Source: Armatimonadota bacterium (lineage in GTDB: Bacteria; Armatimonadota; UBA5829; DTLH01). Taken from it: DNA of 64,000 nt. Of this stretch, positions 18,917 to 29,456 are shown one piece after another (position 1 is the stretch's first letter; each line of letters begins with the position of its first letter). Location: the NCBI GenBank assembly GCA_038207085.1, contig JBBRAE010000009.1, positions 32,001-96,000 on the forward strand, given 5' to 3'. The translations under genes and the position numbers were made by a program. The notes under the pieces are model-generated. The model was not told the DNA's origin. It did not search any database and was given only the letters and a program-made list of their open reading frames with translations.

Positions 18917-19885
18917 ATGGAGATATATGCTTCTATGTCTGACAATCTGACTGCAGAACCGGAAACCGTGGAGCGAAAAAGCTTTGTGCGGCAGGCCTCA
19001 CGGGCAAAGAAGACCCGCGACAACCTGATCGCCCGATTTGTCGCGATTAACGGCGGGGTGGGGATCCTCGCGATCCTGTTGATCTTCGGCTTCTTGCTGA
19101 AAGACGCGATTCCTACTTTTAAGCACGTGTCCCTCTGGAAGTTCCTGACCGGCGCGACTTGGCAGCCGGATCAGGATATCTTTGGGATCGTGCCACTTCT
19201 GGCCGGTTCGGCTGCTGTGACGATCGGCGCGGTCGTGATAGCAGTTCCCCTTGGTATTGCATGCGCCGTGTATTTGGCTGAGATCGCCCCCGTCCGGGTG
19301 CGCGAGATTCTGAAGCCGACGATTGAGGTGCTAGCGGGTATTCCCTCGGTTGTGATAGGGTTCATCGGGCTTACCATCGCTGCCCCTTTCATCCAGGAAG
19401 CGCTCCATTTGCAGACCGGGCTTACGGCTCTTACCGCCGCGGTAATGCTTGGGTTTATGGCGGTGCCGACGATCATCACAATCGCGGAAGATGCAATCAT
19501 CGCCGTTCCGGCGGCTTACCGTGAGGGCTCGCTTGCTCTTGGTTCGACCCGCTGGGAGACGATCTCCCGGGTGATCTTTCCAGCTGCAAAGAGCGGGGTC
19601 ATCGCAGGGTGCATGCTCGGAGTCGGGCGCGCGGTCGGTGAGACTATGACCGTCTTGATGGTCGCGGGCAACGCTTCAAACGTGCCTGAAGGGCTGAAGG
19701 GGATCGTGCCGTTCTTTCTGGGGTCGGTCAAGACGATGACGGCGCAGATCGCAAGTGAAGCGCCCGAGGCCGCAGTCAACTCACCCCATTACCACGCGCT
19801 TTTCGCTGTGGGGCTCACGCTATTTCTTATAACGTTTGGGATCAATCTCGTTGCGGACCTTGCGCTTTCAAAAGGGAGGCACTGA
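18917..19885 (+). CDS. pstC: Phosphate ABC transporter permease
   Basis: EVLAGIPSVVIG, EGSLALGSTRW, GRAVGETM. Confidence 0.95.
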   Translation: MEIYASMSDNLTAEPETVERKSFVRQASRAKKTRDNLIARFVAINGGVGILAILLIFGFLLKDAIPTFKHVSLWKFLTGATWQPDQDIFGIVPLLAGSAAVTIGAVVIAVPLGIACAVYLAEIAPVRVREILKPTIEVLAGIPSVVIGFIGLTIAAPFIQEALHLQTGLTALTAAVMLGFMAVPTIITIAEDAIIAVPAAYREGSLALGSTRWETISRVIFPAAKSGVIAGCMLGVGRAVGETMTVLMVAGNASNVPEGLKGIVPFFLGSVKTMTAQIASEAPEAAVNSPHYHALFAVGLTLFLITFGINLVADLALSKGRH

Positions 19886-20742
19886 TGGACGGCCACAAGA
19901 AGCGGCTCGCCAAAGAAAGACTCGTTTTTATTCTCCTTGGCCTGTCGGCGTTTGTGGTGGTCGCACCGGTCGTGGCTGTGATCTACTTTCTGATCGCCCG
20001 GGGCGCGTCGGCCATGAGCTGGGAGTTTATCTCGCAGCCACCGAGGATGTTCTTCCAAGAAGGCGGCATCTTCCCGGCGATTGTCGGGACGCTGTATCTT
20101 CTGGTAGGAACTATCGTCTTTGCGGTGCCGGTCGGGATACTCGCAGCCGTTTACTTGACCGAATATGCGAACAGAAACGCACTTACGCGCATCATCCGTC
20201 TGGCGATTGTGAACCTCGCGGGGGTGCCATCGATCGTCTTTGGGCTGTTTGGCCTTGGGCTTTTCGTATACTTCCTGCAGTTCGGAAAGTCGATTCTCGC
20301 GGGTTCGGCGACCCTTGCGATTCTTATTTTGCCTGTCATAATCACCTCTGCCGAAGAGGCGCTTTTGACGGTGCCGCAGTCGTTTCGGGAGGCGAGCCTT
20401 GCGCTTGGAGCGACCAAGTGGCAGACGATCCAGAAAGTCGTCCTTCCGAACTCATTTGCCGGGATTCTAACCGGCGTGATACTTGGGGTAGGGCGCGCAG
20501 CGGGGGAGACCGCCCCGATTATGCTTACCGCCGCGGCATTCTATATGCCGACCCTTCCAAAATCGGTCTTTCAGGACTGTATGGCGCTTCCCTATCAGCT
20601 TTGGGTGCTGACTTCCGAGTCTTTCAACCCGTCGCCCAAGTTCCAGTGGGGAACGGCACTTACTCTTTTGATTCTTGTCCTGGGTTTGAACCTGATCGCT
20701 TCGATCATCCGAACCCGCTTTAGGAGGAAGAGAGCTTGGTAA
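19885..20742 (+). CDS. pstA: Phosphate ABC transporter permease
   Basis: [33 protein letters not shown]. Confidence 0.95.
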   Translation: MDGHKKRLAKERLVFILLGLSAFVVVAPVVAVIYFLIARGASAMSWEFISQPPRMFFQEGGIFPAIVGTLYLLVGTIVFAVPVGILAAVYLTEYANRNALTRIIRLAIVNLAGVPSIVFGLFGLGLFVYFLQFGKSILAGSATLAILILPVIITSAEEALLTVPQSFREASLALGATKWQTIQKVVLPNSFAGILTGVILGVGRAAGETAPIMLTAAAFYMPTLPKSVFQDCMALPYQLWVLTSESFNPSPKFQWGTALTLLILVLGLNLIASIIRTRFRRKRAW

Positions 20743-21587
20743 TGACTTATGATCCTCTACTGGCAGTTGAAGTTCCCCGGGATTTCACCTCCGAGACCGG
20801 CCCTGTGCCTGAAGATACGGAGCAGGAGAATAACCCCGTGCTTATAAGCGTGCGGGGGCTGAACTTCTACTACGGGGACTTTCAGGCGCTTACAGGGATC
20901 ACCGCCGACATCCAGGAGCGGGCGATCACCGCGCTGATCGGGCCATCGGGATGCGGTAAATCGACCTTTCTGCGCTGCCTGAACCGAATGAACGACCTGA
21001 TACCCGGCACAAAGTGCGTGGGAGAGGCCCTGATTCACGGCGACGATATCCTCGCCCCAAGCGTGGACGTGGTGGAGCTTAGAAAACGCATTGGGATGGT
21101 ATTTCAGAGGCCAAACCCATTCCCGATGTCGATATTCGATAACGTCGCCTATGGCCCACGGATTCACGGGATGCGCGACCGGGGGAAGCTCTCTGAGCTT
21201 GTCGAGGAGAGCCTTGTCGGCGCGGCGCTCTGGGATGAAGTGAAGGACAAGCTCAAAGCTTCGGCGTTTGCGCTCTCAGGCGGGCAGCAGCAGAGGCTCT
21301 GCATCGCACGAGTGCTTGCGGTCGAGCCTGAGATTCTTCTTATGGACGAGCCCGCCTCGGCACTTGACCCGATCTCAACCTTGAAGATCGAGGAACTGAT
21401 GCGCGAGCTTGCCAAGAACTATACGATCATCATCGTCACCCACAACATGCAGCAGGCCGCGCGCGTATCTCGCTTTACCGGCTTCTTCCTGAACGGTGAG
21501 ATGGTGGAGTTTGGCAACACCGACAAGCTCTTTACCCGCCCCGACGATCAGAGAACTGAAGACTACATCACCGGCCGGTTCGGCTAG
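20742..21587 (+). CDS. pstB: Phosphate ABC transporter ATPase
   Basis: [39 protein letters not shown]. Confidence 0.97.
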   Translation: MTYDPLLAVEVPRDFTSETGPVPEDTEQENNPVLISVRGLNFYYGDFQALTGITADIQERAITALIGPSGCGKSTFLRCLNRMNDLIPGTKCVGEALIHGDDILAPSVDVVELRKRIGMVFQRPNPFPMSIFDNVAYGPRIHGMRDRGKLSELVEESLVGAALWDEVKDKLKASAFALSGGQQQRLCIARVLAVEPEILLMDEPASALDPISTLKIEELMRELAKNYTIIIVTHNMQQAARVSRFTGFFLNGEMVEFGNTDKLFTRPDDQRTEDYITGRFG

Positions 21588-21600
21588 AGGAGAGTGCGCA

Positions 21601-22263
21601 TTGGGTGAAGCTGTAAGGATAGCGTTTGCAGACGACATAAGATCGCTTCAGCAGGATCTGCTCAACATGGCGAGTGTCGTCGAGCAGATGCTGCACAAGT
21701 CCATTGAGGGCCTTATGAAGCGCGACGTCTCCCTCGCCCGGGAGGCGATTGATATGGACGACATCGTCGACGACTATAACATCTCGATCGAAAACAGGTG
21801 TCTGCGCCTGCTCGCGCTCCAGCAGCCGATGGCCAGGGACCTGCGGACGATCGCCGCCGCGCTCAAGGTCATAACCGACATCGAGCGAATGGGCGACTAC
21901 GTGGTCGATATCGCCAAGACCGCGATAAAGGTCGCCGACAAGCCTTTGTTCAAGCCGCTTGTAGACATCCCGAGGATGGCAGACCTCGTGAAAAAGATGC
22001 TTCGGGAGACCCTTGAAGCGTTCGTCAGCCGCGACCTTGCCCTGATCGAGCATATGATCCACGACGACGACCTGGTCGACGACCTCAATAGAACGCTGCG
22101 CGACGAATTGATCGCCTACATGCAGCGCGACTCCGAGGTCATCCCTCAGGCCGTTCATCTCTTGTTGATCACCCGGTACCTGGAGCGCCTCGCCGACCAC
22201 GTCACAAACGTCGGCGAGCGGGTCTACTATATGGAAACCGGCGAAATGAAGGAGCTTCACTGA
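21601..22263 (+). CDS. phoU: Phosphate signalling regulator PhoU
   Basis: QQPMARDLR, DIERMGD, YLERLADH; TTG start after a GAGGAG RBS. Confidence 0.95.
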   Translation: MGEAVRIAFADDIRSLQQDLLNMASVVEQMLHKSIEGLMKRDVSLAREAIDMDDIVDDYNISIENRCLRLLALQQPMARDLRTIAAALKVITDIERMGDYVVDIAKTAIKVADKPLFKPLVDIPRMADLVKKMLRETLEAFVSRDLALIEHMIHDDDLVDDLNRTLRDELIAYMQRDSEVIPQAVHLLLITRYLERLADHVTNVGERVYYMETGEMKELH

Positions 22264-22377
22264 GAGTTCTTACAGCTTTTCTTACCGAATCCTGTGCGTA
22301 GTACCAGTCTGGCGGGTTTCACAATAGTGGAAACAATAATCGGGCAAGCTGGATCGTGGGATTCGGGAGGGAATGTT

Positions 22378-22605
22378 ATGAAGATTAAAGTCAAAGGCTC
22401 AGTCTGGCTGATTTTAGGGACAGCGGCGATTGCATCGGTTATGTGCTCGGGTTGTGGTGGTGGAGGCGCTGCCGCGGGGGTTGGATCTCTCGCTGGAGGC
22501 TCCAGGATAACTACACCAGCGGACAACGACTACGAGACGCCACCGCCGCCGCCTGTTGACACACAGGACGAGATCGATGCGCCTCCGCCTCCTCCGGGGC
22601 TGTAA
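22378..22605 (+). CDS. Small Pro-rich putative lipoprotein
   Basis: GGAGG RBS, hydrophobic N-terminus with CSGC, two PPPPP tracts; followed by a terminator at about 22633-22657. Confidence 0.55.
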   Translation: MKIKVKGSVWLILGTAAIASVMCSGCGGGGAAAGVGSLAGGSRITTPADNDYETPPPPPVDTQDEIDAPPPPPGL

Positions 22606-22709
22606 GCGCTTATACAGACAGATAGATCAAACGCCCGGCTTTGTCCGGGCTTTTCTTATGTGACCAGGAAACCGACACCGGAGCCGGGTAGACTTCTATT
22701 TATTGATAC

Positions 22710-22747
22710 AAAAGGCGGCAAGGGAATATTCACCCTTGCCGCCTTTT
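22710..22747. terminator. Bidirectional intrinsic terminator
   Basis: AAAAGGCGGCAAGGG...CCCTTGCCGCCTTTT. Confidence 0.75.
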
Positions 22748-22791
22748 GGCGTTGTTGAGTCGAAACCGGGCGGAAATGGGTCCGCCCTTGG

Positions 22792-22830
22792 GAGCATTAT
22801 TCACGAAATAGCGTGAATAATGCGGGCTAG
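22792..22830 (-). repeat. Half copy of the 81-bp double-hairpin repeat
   Basis: Reverse complement is CTAGCCCGCATTATTCACG...CGTGAATAATGCTC, matching 29306 and 42992. Confidence 0.75.
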
Positions 22831-22843
22831 CGAGTTACCGGCC

Positions 22844-23461
22844 TCACTTAGCTCTTGATGTCTTTCGGCAAGCTTTCAGTTTCTCCTGCTGCTCGGGAGT
22901 GAGCACGGAAAGCACCGTCTGGTGGTTGGCCTTGCGGATCTCTTCAATCTTCGCGGCCTTCTGCTGCTGCGTCAGGGTCGTGTTGGCCCGGATCGCCTGC
23001 ACCTGGGTGCGGGTATCTGCGCGGAACGCTTTGATCTGCGCCATCTGGGAGTCGGTGAGGTTGAGGCTCTTCCAGCACTCGCTCATCTCCTCGCGAGTCT
23101 CCTGGCGGCCAGCCCTAATTTCTTTGAGTTTGGCTCTCTGCTCGGTGGTGAGCACTGCGTCGATCTTTGCTTGTACACCCGTCCGCAGTTCGGCCCTCTT
23201 GGCCTTTTTCTGGTCGGGGGTGAGATTTGACTGCATGACCTTCTGGACTTCGGCGCGGTGGGCTACCTTGATCGTCTTGATCTCGGCCTTCTGTGCATCG
23301 GTCAGGTTCAATTTTTTTGCGAGGCCCTGGAAATACTCGTTGCGTGCGCCTTGTTTTCCTGCATTGCCCCGTGGTGCGGCAAAGGCGACGGCGGCGATAA
23401 GCGCTACGGCGATTGCCAGCAGCATTGCGAATGCAAAGGGTGATCTGATTCTTGTTCTCAT
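22844..23461 (-). CDS. Spy/CpxP-family periplasmic chaperone (duplicated LTXXQ modules)
   Basis: Signal peptide; LTDAQ, LTPDQ, LTTEQ, LTDSQ, LTQQQ, LTPEQ. Confidence 0.85.
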   Translation of the reverse strand: MRTRIRSPFAFAMLLAIAVALIAAVAFAAPRGNAGKQGARNEYFQGLAKKLNLTDAQKAEIKTIKVAHRAEVQKVMQSNLTPDQKKAKRAELRTGVQAKIDAVLTTEQRAKLKEIRAGRQETREEMSECWKSLNLTDSQMAQIKAFRADTRTQVQAIRANTTLTQQQKAAKIEEIRKANHQTVLSVLTPEQQEKLKACRKTSRAK

Positions 23462-23512
23462 TCTGATTGTCCTCCAAATAAATAGGTGCTTTTCGAAAAG
23501 TCTTCGAAAGTA

Positions 23513-23539
23513 TAGACGAGTCGATTCCGGGCCGGTTAC
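23513..23539 (-). promoter_or_regulatory. ECF-sigma-type promoter
   Basis: GTAAC-N16-CGTCTA. Confidence 0.6.
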
Positions 23540-23629
23540 ACAGCAATCTCACAATATTTTTGGCAGATCATGCGGCAAAGGATTACCGCCCGCGCGCGCC
23601 TAAGGAGTCTTTGGAGTACAGAACGAACA

Positions 23630-24808
23630 ATGAAAACCACCAAAAGCCTTTCCATCCGCTGGGCATGCAGGGATATGAAGCTGATCTGGGCGGCTGCGTT
23701 TTTTGCACAACTTGGGTTTGGGATCTACATCACAACCTTCAACAACTTCGCTGTAAACTCGCTTCATATGAGCCAGACGCAGCTTGGACTCCTTGAGTCG
23801 ATCCGCGAGACGCCGGGTTTTGCGGTAGCGTTTATGCTCGCGCTTGCGATGCATGTGGCCGAGCCGCTGCTTGCAAGTTCGGCGATGTTTTTGATGGCGC
23901 TCGGATTCTACGGCTACTCGAGTCATCCGTCCTACGTCGAGCTTGTGGCGTTTTCGCTGCTTTGGTCGATCGGGTTGCACTGCTGGATGGCGATCCAGCC
24001 CGCGATGACCCTGGCGCTTGCCGAGGAGGGTCACAAGGGCAGGCGGCTTGGGCAGGTCGGAGCCTTTGGGGGGTTGGGGACGGCTGTGGGGATAGCCGCA
24101 GTGCTCATTATCGGGAATGGGGTGAGCTTTCCCGGGTGGTACGTCGTCACGGCTGGGACGATGCTTGTTTCGTCGGTGTTTGTGTTCTTCATCCGAAGGG
24201 ATCTCTCGCCTCCGGGCAAGACAGGGCTGGTTTTCAAGCGCAAATACGCGTTCTACTACGCGCTTACGTTCCTTGAGGGCTGCCGCAAGCAGGTGTTTAT
24301 CACTTGGGCGCCTTTTGTGCTTGTGAAGGTCTACGGCACGGAGCTTCGGATGGTCGCGCTACTTATGCTCATAAACAACATCGTCAACGTCTTTGGAAGC
24401 CCGATAGTGGGGAAGATCGTCGACCGGCGCGGCGAAAGCCGGATGCTGAGTGTAAGCTACGCGCTCTTGATTCTGGTGTTCATAGGCTACGCTACAGTGC
24501 GCCAGGCGCCACTGCTTTACGTGCTCTATTGCCTGGACAACCTGCTCTACTTCTCATCGATCGGCCTTACGAGTTACATCAACCGCATCGCCGAGAAAAA
24601 CGATCTTAGGCCGAGCATCAGTATGGGGGTCACGACCAATCACCTGGGCGCAGTAATCGTCCCGATCCTGGGTGGGTTCCTTTGGGTGAAGTCCGACTAC
24701 CCGATCGTGTTTGTGCTTGGAGCGGGTGTGGTCGCTGTGTCGCTCGTTCTTGCGATCATGATGAAGGGGCGGCTGCGGCTTGATGGGAATGCGTTGCCCC
24801 AAAAGTAA
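23630..24808 (+). CDS. MFS transporter
   Basis: About 12 hydrophobic segments; LESIRETPG and GKIVDRRGE loop motifs. Confidence 0.88.
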   Translation: MKTTKSLSIRWACRDMKLIWAAAFFAQLGFGIYITTFNNFAVNSLHMSQTQLGLLESIRETPGFAVAFMLALAMHVAEPLLASSAMFLMALGFYGYSSHPSYVELVAFSLLWSIGLHCWMAIQPAMTLALAEEGHKGRRLGQVGAFGGLGTAVGIAAVLIIGNGVSFPGWYVVTAGTMLVSSVFVFFIRRDLSPPGKTGLVFKRKYAFYYALTFLEGCRKQVFITWAPFVLVKVYGTELRMVALLMLINNIVNVFGSPIVGKIVDRRGESRMLSVSYALLILVFIGYATVRQAPLLYVLYCLDNLLYFSSIGLTSYINRIAEKNDLRPSISMGVTTNHLGAVIVPILGGFLWVKSDYPIVFVLGAGVVAVSLVLAIMMKGRLRLDGNALPQK

Positions 24809-24842
24809 TATCGGCGGTGGCATATTCACCGTCGTCGGGTGA

Positions 24843-24868
24843 GGGCGGACACGCTGGTCCGCCACTAC
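24843..24868. repeat. GTAG-type REP, variant copy
   Basis: GGGCGGACACGCTGGTCCGCCACTAC. Confidence 0.75.
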
Positions 24869-24889
24869 ACCCCTGGCTGACAGCTTTCG

Positions 24890-26698
24890 CTACGGTTTTG
24901 CTGTGGGCGCGGCTGCAGGCTTGGGGTTCTGCGGTGTGGAGACCTGCCAGGTTTTGTCAACGTGGGCAGGGTCCACCACGGTTCCGTCGGGGCGAAGCCA
25001 CGACAGGGTGAGCATGAATTGCCTCGACTTCGTCTTCTCGTCCACCTCCATACGCAGCGCATAGCAGGGGATTAGGTCTTCCTGTTTGTCGGTCTGCGGT
25101 GTGGTGAGCTTTTTTGCAACCGACGGCTCAAGCGCCGCGAAATACGGCCACTGCGCGTCTGAGAGAGTCGAGACATTGATGCCTGATTGTGTTTGCAGGG
25201 CGGTCTTCTGTCCAGGTGTCAGGGCGGCGTACAGGCGGAGCACGTTTTTGCTGCGGTTGATTCCAAAACCCATCACGGGCAGAAGCTTCCGCTCAGCCAG
25301 GATTGTGTGCTGTATCTGACCGTCGGTGAGGCAGGCGACGGAAACCAGATCGTCGAAGGTGAACTTTCCTTCCTTGGCGCGTGTCCGCCAGGTCTCAAGC
25401 CAGGCCTCAGGGACCTCCCAGCTGCGTTTTTCATACCACTTCGGGTCTTCAAAAGTGATCAGACCCTCAGAGTATTTTACTTGTTTGCCGTAGGTCGCGG
25501 CGATCAGTTTTAGCGCATCGCGAAGCTTGCAGGTGGTCTGAGACATGCGAGGGCTGCGCGCGTCGATAAAGTAGTCGGATACCACGTTTGTCTTGGCCTC
25601 TTTGGCAAGGGTCTCAAGCACCGCCGGCATCGACGGATCTTTGGCCTCAAGCTTGATCTCTTTGTCGAGCGCTGGGTTGTCCTTGGGCAGATCGTCCTCA
25701 GCCTGAACTGTGGGCGGCTGGGAGAAGAGCTTTGTGCTATCGGCCATCATCTGGGCCTTGATACTTTCCGGGCTTTGCCCTTCGGATGCCATGATCATCG
25801 CCTTGGCTATCATGTTGGCCATGTGGCTTGTGGGGTCGAAAATCGGCATGTCGAAGCGTTCGCTGTTTGGAGCAGTCACTTGGATCATGCCTATCATCCC
25901 TGCCTGGCGTGCCTCTTCGGGCATATCCTCGCCGGAGAGTTTCATTTTGATCTCCGCCTGCGAAAGATTGTTCAGAAGCTTGGTGTGTGCGTTGTTGTGG
26001 CCGATGTCCAGCTTGGAGACAAGCTCATCAAGGCCGGTGATCAGCCCTTCGGTCGCGTTCACTCCGTGCTGAGTCATCTTGGAAAGCGGCAGGTTCACGT
26101 CGCGGCCATCGGTGAATGCGGCTCGGGCGTCGGGAATCGCGGTGAGCATCTGCCCAAGCGATTTGCCGAACGGCTCCGTTGCCATCACATATAGAAACGG
26201 CGACTCGTCTTTGAGCTTGGCGATCTCTTCAGGGGAAAGCTTATCGAGCTGTTCTATCTGGTCGATGACCCCTGTTCGCTTTTCGGCCAGTTTCTTGGCT
26301 TCGGCCTCGGCGCTTCCCGCAAGGAGCGCTTCTTCCTCTTTCCTTGATTTCAAGTCCTGAAACAGTCGGTAGGTGTGGACCCCATCCTTCTTTCCCCGGG
26401 CCCAGGTGAAACGAAGGAGCTTTGCGAGTGTCTTTTGAACGTCGTCGAGCTTCATGTCGGTTACGAAAAGGGCTACCTTGCGGTCGCGCACCTTCCAGTC
26501 TCCGGCGTTCATTCCCGCGGTCATTGCGACATCTGTCTTTTCCGAAAGCTCCTCAAGGACGACGTGGAGCAGCGTACCTTTGGCTTGGTAGGTGACTTTC
26601 TGGTCGAGCCGTGTGTCGGGGGCCGCGGCCTCTTCGGCGCAGGCGGCGGAAAACAGGCAGAGCAGAACTAACACGGCGGCAGACTTGAGTCTCATCAT
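24890..26698 (-). CDS. Secreted protein with two STN/N0-like domains; paralog of 39782..41707
   Basis: Signal peptide; DTRLDQKVTYQAKG..L..VLEELSEKT and a second unit ALDKEIKL...VLETLAKEAK.NVVSDY. Confidence 0.75.
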   Translation of the reverse strand: MMRLKSAAVLVLLCLFSAACAEEAAAPDTRLDQKVTYQAKGTLLHVVLEELSEKTDVAMTAGMNAGDWKVRDRKVALFVTDMKLDDVQKTLAKLLRFTWARGKKDGVHTYRLFQDLKSRKEEEALLAGSAEAEAKKLAEKRTGVIDQIEQLDKLSPEEIAKLKDESPFLYVMATEPFGKSLGQMLTAIPDARAAFTDGRDVNLPLSKMTQHGVNATEGLITGLDELVSKLDIGHNNAHTKLLNNLSQAEIKMKLSGEDMPEEARQAGMIGMIQVTAPNSERFDMPIFDPTSHMANMIAKAMIMASEGQSPESIKAQMMADSTKLFSQPPTVQAEDDLPKDNPALDKEIKLEAKDPSMPAVLETLAKEAKTNVVSDYFIDARSPRMSQTTCKLRDALKLIAATYGKQVKYSEGLITFEDPKWYEKRSWEVPEAWLETWRTRAKEGKFTFDDLVSVACLTDGQIQHTILAERKLLPVMGFGINRSKNVLRLYAALTPGQKTALQTQSGINVSTLSDAQWPYFAALEPSVAKKLTTPQTDKQEDLIPCYALRMEVDEKTKSRQFMLTLSWLRPDGTVVDPAHVDKTWQVSTPQNPKPAAAPTAKP

Positions 26699-26746
26699 GT
26701 TTCATCCTCGATTCGGTACAGACAAGTATCAGGCACTGTTATCTAC

Positions 26747-26773
26747 TAGACGCAAGAAAGCGGGCCCTGTTAC
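26747..26773 (-). promoter_or_regulatory. ECF-sigma-type promoter
   Basis: GTAAC-N16-CGTCTA, the same boxes as at 23513. Confidence 0.6.
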
Positions 26774-26935
26774 CACCGGGCGAGCTGGTTGATTATACCC
26801 AGTAACCAGAAGAGTGTCTCAGAAACGGCGAAAATCCTGTAAGCATTCCAAAGGAGGGAAAACCGCTATAAAACGCCAAGAGTTTCATGGAAGCGGGACA
26901 GGCCCGCCAAATCGTCTAATTATCAGAGGTTAACT

Positions 26936-28060
26936 GTGGATACTATCACACCTATTCGCCCGAAGTGGAAGGGCACAATGACGGACCGCGAGCGGTTCAA
27001 CAACCAGATGCACTACAAGCCGGTTGACCGCAGCTTCAATATGGAGTTCGGCTACTGGGATGAGAACTTCCACCTGTGGCCGCTTTTCGTCGATAACGGG
27101 ATCACGAACAACGACGAGGCCGACAAGTTCTTCAACTTCGACCGGATCGACGTTTTTGTGCCGAACGTGTGGCTCTACCCCGTGTTTCCCAGCGATACCG
27201 TCGGTGAGACCGAGACCAACTACATTCGGATGAACGGTGACGGGCTCCTTGCAGAGGTCCCTAAGGACGGGCACGACACGATTCCCCACTACATACAGGC
27301 GACTGTCGTTACCCCGGAGGACTGGAAGAAGTGCAAAGAGGAGCGCCTGCGGCTCGATGACCCCGGTCGCGTGATAGATATCCCAGCGCTTCAAGAGCAG
27401 TATCCCAGCGACCGCGATTACCCGCTTGGAGTATGGTGCGGCTCGATGATCGGGAAAATCCGCGACATGCTCACATTCGAGGGCCTCGCCTACGCGACGT
27501 ACGACTACCCGGATATGGTCGAGGACATGGTGGAGACCTCCTGCCAGCTCGTCGAGCACGCGCTTGACCAGGTGCTTCCCCATGTTCAGTTCGACTATGC
27601 TTCGGGTTGGGAGGACATCTGCTTCAAGAACGGCCCGATCGTCTCGGTCGACTTCTTTAACAGCATCGTGGTGCCGAGGTACAAGCGTATCGGCAAGAAG
27701 ATTCGGGATGCGGGTATCGATATCTGGTACACGGACTGCGACGGCGACGTGCGGCCCATTATGAGTGGGTTCCTCGAAGGCGGCATCAACTGCCTGTTCC
27801 CCTTTGAAGTGATGGGTTGCGCTCGCCCCGGCGAGCTTTTGGACCAGTATGGCGAGCAGCTCCGAATTATGGGCGGGGTCGACAAGATCCAGCTCGGGAA
27901 CGGCCGGGAGGCTATCAAGGCATACCTTGAGACGCTTGTGCCCTACGTCGAGCGAGGCGGGTATATCCCGTTCTGTGACCACCGCTGCCCTCCAAACGTT
28001 ACACCTGATGATTATCTCTACTATCTCGACCTCAAAGAGAAGATGTTTGGAATGAAGTAG
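26936..28060 (+). CDS. Uroporphyrinogen decarboxylase-like (URO-D/MtaA fold) protein
   Basis: MTDRERF, WEDICFKNGP, TDCDGD, GGVDK, GGYIPFCDHRCPP. Confidence 0.82.
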   Translation: MDTITPIRPKWKGTMTDRERFNNQMHYKPVDRSFNMEFGYWDENFHLWPLFVDNGITNNDEADKFFNFDRIDVFVPNVWLYPVFPSDTVGETETNYIRMNGDGLLAEVPKDGHDTIPHYIQATVVTPEDWKKCKEERLRLDDPGRVIDIPALQEQYPSDRDYPLGVWCGSMIGKIRDMLTFEGLAYATYDYPDMVEDMVETSCQLVEHALDQVLPHVQFDYASGWEDICFKNGPIVSVDFFNSIVVPRYKRIGKKIRDAGIDIWYTDCDGDVRPIMSGFLEGGINCLFPFEVMGCARPGELLDQYGEQLRIMGGVDKIQLGNGREAIKAYLETLVPYVERGGYIPFCDHRCPPNVTPDDYLYYLDLKEKMFGMK

Positions 28061-28184
28061 TTCTTATCAAAGATCGCGCCAAGCATAGTGCTCGGCGCGA
28101 TCTTTGTTTGTACGCTTGTCGAGCGGGTTTCGGGGTATACTAAGATTACAATGGGATCAGCGCTTTGTTCGGAGAGGCGGTTCT

Positions 28185-28643
28185 ATGAAGCAACGAGTGT
28201 GGAACCTGACCCTTGGGCTGGCGGGGGCGGGACTTGTCGACTCGCTCTACCTGCTGCTCTTTCAGACCGGCAAGATAGAGCACTTGGCGTGCCCGGTGTT
28301 TCGAGGTGGGTGCGAGACGGTGGCGAGTTCGGCGGTCGCTTATCCAAGGGGCATACCAGACGCCGTCTTTGGGGTCATCGGCTACTCAGCCGCGGCGTTG
28401 ACGGCGTTTGCGATACCGCGGTCGGGAGGCAGGGTCAGAAGGACGCTTGCAGGGTTCGCAGTAGCAGGCTCGATCGGCGCGCTCGCAATATCGGCGTTTC
28501 TCACATACGCCCAGCCCAAGTTGACCGGCGCGTGGTGCTTCTGGTGCCTCAGTTCTGCTGTGATATCCTCCGCAATGGCTTTCACCGCTATCTACGGAGC
28601 GAGCATAATCCTCAAAGATTCGCAGGGGGAACCCACAATATGA
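28185..28643 (+). CDS. Vitamin K epoxide reductase (VKOR) family protein
   Basis: CPVFRGGC Cys pair, CFWC CxxC motif, four TM segments. Confidence 0.88.
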   Translation: MKQRVWNLTLGLAGAGLVDSLYLLLFQTGKIEHLACPVFRGGCETVASSAVAYPRGIPDAVFGVIGYSAAALTAFAIPRSGGRVRRTLAGFAVAGSIGALAISAFLTYAQPKLTGAWCFWCLSSAVISSAMAFTAIYGASIILKDSQGEPTI

Positions 28644-29329
28644 AAGATCGCCACGAACCTGAGATAGACAAGTCCGATGTGCCGTCGCACAACCTGATTG
28701 GCGCGGTTAGATACGTCCTTGCAGGCAGCCCGGAGGTGAACGCGGGGAGCATCACTGTGAATGCGTCAAACGGTGTCGTGTACCTGACCGGGGCCGTAGA
28801 CACGCTTCGGGAAAAAGAGATGGCAAGCGCGCTTGCGACGAAATCTTCGGGGGTTACATACGTCGAAAACGACCTTGTGGTCTCTCCTGCCAAGCCCTCA
28901 AGTGACCATGAACTCCTCTCGCGTGCCCAGCAGGCTCTTGGAGGTTTCGTCGAGCCAAAGATTGGGGTTCGGATGGTCGAAAGCGGGCAGGCATATGTAA
29001 CTGGGACTGCGGAAAGCGCATACATCGCAGAGGCGGCGGTGCGGGTTGTGGAGTCGGTGCCGGGGATCAGTCAGGTCATAAACGAAATCGACATCGCCTC
29101 GGGTGAGCCGATCGACGACATCGACATCGCAAACCGCGTCCTTGATCGCCTCGCCGACGACCCTCGCCTTCACTACGCAGGTATCGCTGTCCGCGCCGAC
29201 CGGGGTGAAGTTATCCTCGACGGTGAAGTCGACAACCATAGCATGGTCGAGTCGGCGGGGGACCTCGCGAACCGCGCTGAGGGTGTGCGCCGCGTCGTCA
29301 ACAGACTAACCCGCATTATTCACGAGTAG
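28640..29329 (+). CDS. BON-domain protein (three BON domains)
   Basis: Repeated GxVxLxGxV...GV..V.N.L units; ATGA overlap with the VKOR gene. Confidence 0.88.
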   Translation: MKDRHEPEIDKSDVPSHNLIGAVRYVLAGSPEVNAGSITVNASNGVVYLTGAVDTLREKEMASALATKSSGVTYVENDLVVSPAKPSSDHELLSRAQQALGGFVEPKIGVRMVESGQAYVTGTAESAYIAEAAVRVVESVPGISQVINEIDIASGEPIDDIDIANRVLDRLADDPRLHYAGIAVRADRGEVILDGEVDNHSMVESAGDLANRAEGVRRVVNRLTRIIHE

Positions 29330-29386
29330 CGTGAATAATGCTCTGTTAGCGAAAGCTTTATTCACTTCACGAATAAAGCGGGCTAA
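29306..29386 (+). repeat. 81-bp double-hairpin repeat element
   Basis: CTAACCCGCATTATTCACG...GAATAAAGCGGGCTAA; near-identical to 42992..43072. Confidence 0.85.
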
Positions 29387-29456
29387 AGGCCAGGGGGTCG
29401 CATTGATATTGATATTGATCGTGCCAAGTCTCCCGACTTGGCACGCATTCTTTACT

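Noticed and set aside
22269..22286. CTTACA...CTTACC after phoU as a reverse Pho box
   Set aside because: Spacing is 12 bp rather than 11 and no plausible target gene is present
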